This document shows, piece by piece, positions 49,801 through 56,351 of a DNA stretch of 64,000 nucleotides. The notes under the pieces are model-generated. The model ran no database searches. It was not told where the DNA came from and was given only the letters and a program-made list of their open reading frames with translations. Each line of letters opens with the position of its first letter. The first letter of the stretch is position 1. Both the position numbers and the translations under genes were made by a program. The DNA comes from a virus. Location: IMG/VR virus record IMGVR_UViG_3300025120_014916, positions 1-64,000 of that record, one strand, 5' to 3'.

Positions 49801-49991
49801 CACCAACAGAGACTCTGTATTAGCTCTGGTGATATTCCTTGTGTTTTACTATGTACAATATCACCCCCAATGTATATTACGTCAGGTTTGCAATCTCGTG
49901 CTTTTTTAAAAAAATCATTAAATGCTAATATGTACTCTTCATGCCTAGATAGTCCGCGCCAGTGGACGTCTGCAATATGAATAATCTTCAT
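46869..49991 (-). CDS. Fused SbcD(Mre11)-SbcC(Rad50) nuclease-ATPase
   Basis: N-terminal metallophosphoesterase (HIADVH, GGDIVH, LGNHD, FHG, LGDIH), then Walker A GRNARGKS, coiled coil, ASGME signature, IIDEG and ISH, all in one ORF. Confidence 0.92.
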   Translation of the reverse strand: MKIIHIADVHWRGLSRHEEYILAFNDFFKKARDCKPDVIYIGGDIVHSKTQGISPELIQSLCWWFNKMASICPVHVILGNHDGLILNKDRQDAITPIINAIDNPNIFLLKDTGIYDTGHPGFKWCVFSCFDEENWVDLKPDPSDINIALFHGSVRGSLTDIDWQLGGEVNLGFFKNYDFALLGDIHKRQFLDKHKTVAYCGSTIQQNYGETPDKGFLFWDIRGRNDFDVKYIPVKNIHPFITVDWQGDIKTTLIECKYHPRQSRFRIRADNFISQADAKRLRKQLKKSHNAKEVVFKIETKFDSEKNLVDQTNDKALNLRDSNVQIELIKAYYDSHDLDDHQWEKLNLMTSQYIDTISKSGEDNRNSNWTINSMKFDSTFSYGKGNYINFDNLPGITGIFGRNARGKSSVIGSLVYGLFNASDRGSIKNLHIINTRFSSCSADIDISVAGIPYRISRETIKKQTKKDIWAPTSLKFYRLNGSGDIIEDLTDEQRRETEKILRKTIGTSEEFLMTSLASQGEINNFIKEKAAARKNILSNFLDLEVFDKMSELAKKECSPLRSKINVLSSDNWEDKYNHCLSKIDEHLLVKVSCENKLEEVESTIKEMKTSISEEIEYMPQSTVDKKEASCIKIKNDISILENKKFELVESISEQTAKIKKIENFLVNFNLKDIKKKRDAKRKIRQSLIELKGNLKLERKELDNISKSVKILDQVPCGDSFPTCKFIKNSHRNKQKLDNQEEKVTFLSVKVDDIDNELNNLSEDYEKKIEQYNTILSKKSKFVDEISERKIKIERAIQTIVNLKRQLNTAEQDYKNTLVLFNSQDSSEFQEIHNRISQLERERKQINSKRDTAISQTASWRAKRDLYKKNLEDYQKINKDLKLYDMFIQATSKRGIPVQLLYSLLPKINAEISKILQGVVGFTIELEADLKSNAMDIYINYGDSRRIVELASGMEKMMASLAIRVALINVSTLPKTNMLIIDEGFGALDETNLESCSKLLTSFKKLFKNIIIISHIDAIKDIVDNTIEIIKEGVDSHVYQP

Positions 49992-50004
49992 TTATTCTCC
50001 TTGT

Positions 50005-51264
50005 TTAACTCATCTTCACAATAGAATCTCTTTTTTCTTTTGTGAAGTGAAGTTCGTATCCTGGTAATAATACCCAGCATCTTTTAGAAATACAAGTTTT
50101 TGGTTTAGGGGCACAACCATCTGTCATTACAATGCAACCGTCAAACTCAGATGATCTAGATCGAAAGTGATCTTCAACGCAATTAAAACATGTACCACCT
50201 GTTAATGTTCTCATAGGATTTCTATATTTCTGACCTTTTCTCCATGCGTACTCTGAGCCTTTATCAACTGTTGTATCAAAATGAAAGACCTTAAATGATA
50301 CGTTTTTTGCTAGTCCTTCTAAGGCTGAAAAAAACATTGCAATGCCATCATCGCCAACAGATCCGGATTGATCTATGTATATCGCAAGACTGGACGTCCT
50401 TCTTACTCTTGTCCCAGGATGAATATAAGGATATTTTCTATTTATTTTTCTAAAAGTTCTAGATTTTTTTGACTTTTGTTTAGTTCCACAAAAGTACTGG
50501 AGCGTTTTTTTCCAATCAATAACGGTGTCAAACATTAACGATATATCATCTTTTACCAATGTTGAACATGATCCCCAGCCATTCGATCTTGTATTTGCTT
50601 TATTTGCTGATCTCTTTATAATATCTTTAAGTTTTCCTTTCATAATTTCAATATCAGAATCTGTTAATGATCCGTCACCATCTAGATGCACATCAAAACC
50701 TGATGATGTTCCATCACCATATGCTTCTTGAAAAGCGCTTGAGACTTCTTTGTCTTCCTTAAGCTTTTCCATGTACCACTCTGAAGCCTTGCACTTTGGA
50801 AGATCAGCTAAAAACTTAGACATTTTTTTATTTCTTTTAATTATTTCTTCGGGCAAGTCTGACACACTTTTTTCGCTTAACGGTTTTCCCGGAATCAAAC
50901 CACCATCTGGTAGATAGTTTTCTGAAATAAGTGAATTAATTGCGAGATCTGTTGCTATATTCCAAAGTGTGTGTGGATCTTGCTTTCTAGCTACTACGTG
51001 TTGGTATATCAAGTGGTAACATTCATGTTTCATAAGTCCATAAAATTTAAGCTTGGGTAAGCTCGAAACAAAGTCAGGATTCCAATAAAGTGCAAAAGAG
51101 TTGTCTTTTACTGTAACACCCGCAGTCGGAATGTCATACGTCTTTATTTTCTTTAAATTCATAACTATTGATGCAAAAAATGGTTCTTCAAGTAAAAAAT
51201 CAACCATTAATTTATCAAATTTTCTGTCTGTTATCGTATGACCGTTAAATTCTTTAATTTCCAT
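50005..51264 (-). CDS. Putative metallopeptidase-vWA protein (DUF2201-like)
   Basis: HECYH...WNIATDLAIN; C-terminal MIDAS DQSGS, GGT and TDG. Confidence 0.85.
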   Translation of the reverse strand: MEIKEFNGHTITDRKFDKLMVDFLLEEPFFASIVMNLKKIKTYDIPTAGVTVKDNSFALYWNPDFVSSLPKLKFYGLMKHECYHLIYQHVVARKQDPHTLWNIATDLAINSLISENYLPDGGLIPGKPLSEKSVSDLPEEIIKRNKKMSKFLADLPKCKASEWYMEKLKEDKEVSSAFQEAYGDGTSSGFDVHLDGDGSLTDSDIEIMKGKLKDIIKRSANKANTRSNGWGSCSTLVKDDISLMFDTVIDWKKTLQYFCGTKQKSKKSRTFRKINRKYPYIHPGTRVRRTSSLAIYIDQSGSVGDDGIAMFFSALEGLAKNVSFKVFHFDTTVDKGSEYAWRKGQKYRNPMRTLTGGTCFNCVEDHFRSRSSEFDGCIVMTDGCAPKPKTCISKRCWVLLPGYELHFTKEKRDSIVKMS

Positions 51265-51290
51265 TATTTCTCCTTTATGTTTATAATACT

Positions 51291-51319
51291 ATTATAACGT
51301 ATTATGCATACCGTTACAT
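51291..51319 (-). promoter_or_regulatory. Sigma70-like promoter, atypical -35
   Basis: ATGTAA-N17-TATAAT. Confidence 0.5.
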
Positions 51320-51349
51320 GCGTTAACAATTACTGCATATGCATAATAC
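51299..51349. repeat. 12-bp perfect inverted repeat with a 27-bp spacer
   Basis: GTATTATGCATA (51299-51310) and TATGCATAATAC (51338-51349). Confidence 0.85.
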
Positions 51350-51364
51350 ATGCTTATAAAACTA

Positions 51365-52432
51365 TTATTTCATTTCCGGACTGGCTTTGACTATTTTTGT
51401 TACTAGCGTTCCAAAATGTCTATGAAAATTCTTTATCAAATTAAGAATTTTTGTTTCCATAATCAAGTTAAAGAAATTGACAATCATTTCATCCGGACAT
51501 GCTTTAACATAATCTGAAATATTTTTAACTTGCTTAAGTGTAATGGTTTCGTGATTGGCATCAAGATATAACATGATTTTTTCAATTAAATCATTTTTCT
51601 TATCTTCGTTTAACATTGTCATTATGTCGTCTTTTACTTCACCATAACGATCTGCTACATCTTCAGCGCTAAAGCTTCTTGTATAGTCTTGCAAAAATCC
51701 AATAAACTTAGTTGTTGCAGAACTTCCAATAAATCCTAAACTTAGAGGAAATAAAAGTGCCGGCATTGATTTGTTTCCAGCATAATGATTAGGATTTAAA
51801 TTAGCGTGAATGAGTGTTTCACATAATCTATGCCATGACGCAGGATTTGGATATACTTTCCCCGGTTCCATTTCACCAGTATGACGCAAAAAATTTGAAT
51901 GCGTTTTTATAAATTCTTGCACAACAGAAGGAATATCGTCTCTGCTATACGCCCAGTCTAACCAGTCGTCTACAGTAGGCTCTAAGTCTATAGTCCAAAA
52001 TCTACGCAATAGTGCTGGATCCATATCTAGAACTTGGTATTCACTGCCTTCGTTAACTGCTGCATAAACACGTGTCTCTGGGTGCAATTTATGGCCGTTA
52101 AGCTCTCTATCTAAAACGATCTGGAATGCGCATTGTTGTACTTCCAAAGTTGCTCTGTTAAGCTCATCAAAAAATAGTACAACAGGCTCTTTACATGCCC
52201 TTACATACCAGTTTACCGGTGCAAAGCGCGTAACGCCATCAACCAATTCCGGAAGGCCTATAATATCACCTTCAGTCATTTGTGCTAGACGTCTATCGAT
52301 AACCGGCATATTAAGCGCTTTACCGACACTATGAACAATGTGTGATTTTCCAATACCTGTTGGGCCTTTTGCCAAAATAGAAATATGTGCAGGTAGGTTT
52401 GATGCTGACTTGATGAATGTTTTGATATCCAT
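51365..52432 (-). CDS. MoxR/dynein-related AAA+ ATPase
   Basis: GPTGIGKS, LFFDELNR, AAVN, DPALLRRF, PNPASW. Confidence 0.9.
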   Translation of the reverse strand: MDIKTFIKSASNLPAHISILAKGPTGIGKSHIVHSVGKALNMPVIDRRLAQMTEGDIIGLPELVDGVTRFAPVNWYVRACKEPVVLFFDELNRATLEVQQCAFQIVLDRELNGHKLHPETRVYAAVNEGSEYQVLDMDPALLRRFWTIDLEPTVDDWLDWAYSRDDIPSVVQEFIKTHSNFLRHTGEMEPGKVYPNPASWHRLCETLIHANLNPNHYAGNKSMPALLFPLSLGFIGSSATTKFIGFLQDYTRSFSAEDVADRYGEVKDDIMTMLNEDKKNDLIEKIMLYLDANHETITLKQVKNISDYVKACPDEMIVNFFNLIMETKILNLIKNFHRHFGTLVTKIVKASPEMK

Positions 52433-52468
52433 GTTTTTCTCCTTGATTGTTATTTTGTTTGCTTTATT

Positions 52469-52497
52469 ATTATATTTGGTTTTTGTTTTGATTGCAC
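52469..52497 (-). promoter_or_regulatory. Sigma70-like promoter, atypical -35
   Basis: GTGCAA-N17-TATAAT. Confidence 0.5.
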
Positions 52498-52502
52498 GAT
52501 TT

Positions 52503-52931
52503 TCATCTAACGGGTTTTAATGTTTTTGGGTAATACCAGTTATTACCGGAGGAAGTAACAACATATACTTGACCCGAATAGCTATCTAGATTTTTTTTCA
52601 TATCATGAGCGTGATTTTGATTTAATTCTATGTTTACTGCATTGTTGTTAACTATAATACCGATTTCACCATTTGGTAAGTATACTAACTCACCTTCTAA
52701 ATAGTTCCAGCTTACTTTAGGCTTAGGCTTGTTAATTTCTTTCTTGCGATCATATATTTCAGACCGGTCCTTCCTGGTAAAGCCTAACTTGTCTTTTTTC
52801 TCTTTAGACTCAATAACTTTTTCTTCATACATGTCAGGATTTTTGTCTTTCAGCGCTTCAAGTTCTAGTTGCCTTTTTTCTTTAGCTTGCTCTCTGGCTT
52901 TTTTTATTTGGGATCTAGATAATTTTGCCAT
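52503..52931 (-). CDS. Hypothetical protein, charged N-terminus and possible SH3-like C-terminus
   Basis: 142-aa ORF; EGELVYLPNGEIGIIV...GQVYVVTS pattern. Confidence 0.7.
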   Translation of the reverse strand: MAKLSRSQIKKAREQAKEKRQLELEALKDKNPDMYEEKVIESKEKKDKLGFTRKDRSEIYDRKKEINKPKPKVSWNYLEGELVYLPNGEIGIIVNNNAVNIELNQNHAHDMKKNLDSYSGQVYVVTSSGNNWYYPKTLKPVR

Positions 52932-52963
52932 GGCTGTACCTTTTGTTTAATTGTTATGTTTAT

Positions 52964-52992
52964 ATTATATACCAATTATAAGGTGATTGCAT
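52964..52992 (-). promoter_or_regulatory. Sigma70-like promoter, atypical -35
   Basis: ATGCAA-N17-TATAAT. Confidence 0.5.
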
Positions 52993-53008
52993 GAAAATTA
53001 CAAGTATA

Positions 53009-54274
53009 CTATCTTAAAGCATCAAAGTACAAGTTTAATTTATCTATATAGTTATGACCTATTATTTTATTGACCCTTTCAAAGTTATAATTCATGTCTT
53101 TGCAAAGAATTGTTCTGCCAATCCTTCCATTACCATCAGAAAATGGATGTATATGCTCAAAATATGCGTGTCTCATGAATGGGTTTGAAGAATCTAGCGC
53201 GCAAAAATATTGTAGTTCATTGTAAATTTTATTAGTATCTATATATTTGTGACCGGTCGGGGAATTATGTTCAAAGTTTCGAAATTCCCCAGGTTTACCT
53301 CTTGTAAGACACTCAGGAAACATCTGGTTGTGCAAAGCAACAATATTAAAAGGGCTTTCAATATCATTAAACTTATATGAATATACTAGTGGTGCTATTA
53401 AAGTTTTTAAAAAAACACTATCAGTAACATATTCGAGAGGATACCCGCTATAAACTTTTGATGCCGCATTAATGCATTCTTGATATGGTACATTAAAGTT
53501 TTCTTTTTGATTAGACTTGTGAAGAAATGTGGCTAATGCAGTAATTGAATTATCTAGATTGTTTGACTTTTTTATCAAGAAGTTTGCAAAGCTTTTGTGA
53601 TCAGCTTTTTTTAACTTTTCAAAATTATAATTTTTATCTTGTGTTCCTGCAATAAATATTGCAGATAACATTTGGCCTATTATTTTGCCTGATGATATAT
53701 CAGTCGGGTAGTGTTTTCCGTTTTCTATTCTTGACTGGCCAATTAACTCTGCCAACATTTCCAAATCAGGCATCAATTCAGGATAAGAATCTCCAAGAAT
53801 GCCAGCTATAAAATAAGCTATACATGTATGTCCGGACGGAAAAGAAGGCGAAGATGATTCCTTAATTGACTCATAAATACTTCCCTCATCAACCAGGTAT
53901 GTTTTTGGTCGGGGCCGCTTGTGGGTGTACTTAAGTCTAAGAATGATTGTGTCTACATCTTTTAGAATATTTTTTATTTTTTTCCAATCAGGATTTAAAC
54001 TCATTTCTTCACAAAATACATTAAAACAATCTTCAACGGAACTGTCAGAAAGATTTAAAAAGCCGTCATCAAGACTAGGATTACTATAATAAAACTTTAC
54101 TGCGTCTAGATCTCTTTGATGCTCTATAGAGAAAACATCGGGACATGTTAATCGAGGTAGATTTTTTTCACTGTCTATAATAAACTTGCAATCTCTAGCA
54201 ATTCTTTTCTTAAATTTCTTAGGTACAACATTGTCGTCCTTAGTAAGATCAAATAGAGATTGTATCGAATTCAT
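53009..54274 (-). CDS. PAP2-family phosphatase fused to a Fic domain
   Basis: KYTHKRPRP (Kx6RP), FPSGH and SRIENGKHYPTD (SRx5Hx3D); C-terminal HPFSDGNGRIGR. Confidence 0.9.
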   Translation of the reverse strand: MNSIQSLFDLTKDDNVVPKKFKKRIARDCKFIIDSEKNLPRLTCPDVFSIEHQRDLDAVKFYYSNPSLDDGFLNLSDSSVEDCFNVFCEEMSLNPDWKKIKNILKDVDTIILRLKYTHKRPRPKTYLVDEGSIYESIKESSSPSFPSGHTCIAYFIAGILGDSYPELMPDLEMLAELIGQSRIENGKHYPTDISSGKIIGQMLSAIFIAGTQDKNYNFEKLKKADHKSFANFLIKKSNNLDNSITALATFLHKSNQKENFNVPYQECINAASKVYSGYPLEYVTDSVFLKTLIAPLVYSYKFNDIESPFNIVALHNQMFPECLTRGKPGEFRNFEHNSPTGHKYIDTNKIYNELQYFCALDSSNPFMRHAYFEHIHPFSDGNGRIGRTILCKDMNYNFERVNKIIGHNYIDKLNLYFDALR

Positions 54275-54813
54275 TACAGATCGCCTTCAAATTTATCGTA
54301 GTCAAGCGAGTGATACACTTCTGATATATCATCAGATATTTGTGCTATTTTAGTTCTTTGCCAATCATCTAGCTCGTAACCATCAGGAATCATTCCTAAA
54401 AGCTTTTGTGCGTATTTTGCAACTTTATAAAGTGAAGGCTTTGCCATGTAATTGTTGGATTTAATTTCGTGACTGTTAGCGTCGTTAAAACTAATCTGTG
54501 TTGATTTTGCGCCTACATCAAACAAATCATACATTGCATCTATAGAATTGTCTGTGCTATTATTAGAAGATCCTCCGCAACCGCAGTCACCCTCAGTCAA
54601 ACTAGATATTTCATACATGCTACCGCATTGTTCGCAAACTGATTCACCTTCATACATTGCTGACCCACACTCTGTACATGATCTTTTATTCTGCATGCTT
54701 CTATACAAATCTTGTCGACCCGGGTCATCAAAGCCTGATTGTAATGCGTCTTCTTTGATTTTATTTATTTCTTGAATTATAAGCTTTCTAATTATGCTTC
54801 TTTTTAGCTTCAT
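54274..54813 (-). CDS. Zn-ribbon protein with shared N-terminal leader
   Basis: MKLKRSIIRKLIIQEI; CTECG...CEQCG; stop overlaps the PAP2-Fic start (TAATG). Confidence 0.8.
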   Translation of the reverse strand: MKLKRSIIRKLIIQEINKIKEDALQSGFDDPGRQDLYRSMQNKRSCTECGSAMYEGESVCEQCGSMYEISSLTEGDCGCGGSSNNSTDNSIDAMYDLFDVGAKSTQISFNDANSHEIKSNNYMAKPSLYKVAKYAQKLLGMIPDGYELDDWQRTKIAQISDDISEVYHSLDYDKFEGDL

Positions 54814-54823
54814 GGTATATCCT

Positions 54824-55789
54824 TTAAAACATTGAGCCTGAATTGATGTTCGATATTAAATATCTTACAGACTGAGCAAAATCAAAAGGTTTTGCATTGT
54901 TTATGTAGTATTGTACTTCATCTTTTTTCATGTCACCAAAATCTTTATTTTTGTGAAGTGAGATTCTAGCTGGTACACAATAACTATTAAGTAGCTTAAC
55001 TATATTTAATGATTTTTTTCTGGCATCCGGGTCTAGACAAACAACAACTGGCGTTTTGTTTTTTACAATTTCTTTAAAAAGCAGGTAGTCTTCACCAAGC
55101 CAACTGCCTAAAATGCAAGTGGCATTGTCAGGAGCATTCATTAAATCAAATACGCCCTCTACAAGAATCAATTCTTTTTTAAAGTCTAAATTAAATTGTC
55201 TAAATATCACTTCTTTTCTGGAAACTGTACAGTTTTTGTATCTTCTTGGATTTTTTCTATTTATAGATCGCGAAACAAAATAATTTAAATTGCCGATAGC
55301 ATCATGCGAAGGAAAGATAACTCTGTCTTTAAACTCATAGCTGTTACTAACGCCTATGCAGAATTTATGTAAATGATCGTTACTCATTCCGCGTTCTTTT
55401 AAATAGTTGATATGATATCGATATCTTTGCATGCCGCGAGAACTTAAGTTTGTCAATAGTGTAAAGTCATCAGGAAGTTCAACCTTTTTTTCTTCTTCCT
55501 CTTCTATTTCTTTTTTAAACCCGCCATACGAATCTGACAGTTTTTTCGCGGTATCTTTGTTTTTTGCAAATTTAAATGCGGGCCGGCCAATATTTCTACC
55601 TTTTGACTCGCAAACCCAGCAGTGATACACACCGCTTTCTAATCGTATTGATAATTTCTTCTTTGAAGATATTTTTCCTTTTTCTTTACAGAAAGGACAT
55701 GCGATAGACACGTTTTTTTCGTCCCCAGATAGGGAATATTTACCAAAGCATGCTTCAATTAAATTTAATTTTTGAGATAATGTAATCAT
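54824..55789 (-). CDS. DNA primase (DnaG/T4 gp61-like)
   Basis: Zn finger CPFC...HCWVC, YLKERG, RVIFP, TOPRIM LVEGVFD and CLDPDA, KDFGD. Confidence 0.9.
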   Translation of the reverse strand: MITLSQKLNLIEACFGKYSLSGDEKNVSIACPFCKEKGKISSKKKLSIRLESGVYHCWVCESKGRNIGRPAFKFAKNKDTAKKLSDSYGGFKKEIEEEEEKKVELPDDFTLLTNLSSRGMQRYRYHINYLKERGMSNDHLHKFCIGVSNSYEFKDRVIFPSHDAIGNLNYFVSRSINRKNPRRYKNCTVSRKEVIFRQFNLDFKKELILVEGVFDLMNAPDNATCILGSWLGEDYLLFKEIVKNKTPVVVCLDPDARKKSLNIVKLLNSYCVPARISLHKNKDFGDMKKDEVQYYINNAKPFDFAQSVRYLISNINSGSMF

Positions 55790-55795
55790 GTGTAT

Positions 55796-55824
55796 ATTAT
55801 ATCAAAACATTAATCTTTTTTCAA
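55796..55824 (-). promoter_or_regulatory. Sigma70-like promoter upstream of primase
   Basis: TTGAAA-N17-TATAAT; the -35 overlaps the upstream TGA stop. Confidence 0.65.
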
Positions 55825-56351
55825 ATTTTATTATACGCTCTTCCAATAACATATGCATCTGCCATATCATAACAAGCAGACAGCTCTCTAGTCTTGCCTT
55901 TGCTTGGGCCACTTTTCATAATCTTTGTTGGCCATTTTACATTTTCTTGTAACTTTACCCAATCTAAAACCTGTTCTTTGGTTGAAGCATCAGATTTTCT
56001 ATTAATTTTTAAACCTACAGACTTTCTAGCAGAATTAACATTAATTGATTCTATTTCAACATTAAGCATCTCATGGCATATCCACCTAACAGTTCCGTTA
56101 AACTGGGCTAATGTCATTAAAGTTTTTGCTGAGCTTAGTCCTGGCCTAAATGCTTGCAAGTTCTCTTCAATTCCAATTTTTGTAATATTATACTTTTTAT
56201 TTATCTTAGATATCTCAGATTTGATGTGAGCAGCTTTTTTGTAAAAGTCCTTATGTTTACTTAGTTCTATATAACCGATGTCTCTAAGTTCATCCTGGTC
56301 AAACACACAGTATCCTGTGCAACTAGTTGATACGTCTAGTGATAATAACAT
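55821..56351 (-). CDS. RuvC-like Holliday junction resolvase
   Basis: LLSLDVSTSCTGY, IGIEE, ARKSVG, YDMADAYVIG. Confidence 0.8.
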   Translation of the reverse strand: MLLSLDVSTSCTGYCVFDQDELRDIGYIELSKHKDFYKKAAHIKSEISKINKKYNITKIGIEENLQAFRPGLSSAKTLMTLAQFNGTVRWICHEMLNVEIESINVNSARKSVGLKINRKSDASTKEQVLDWVKLQENVKWPTKIMKSGPSKGKTRELSACYDMADAYVIGRAYNKI

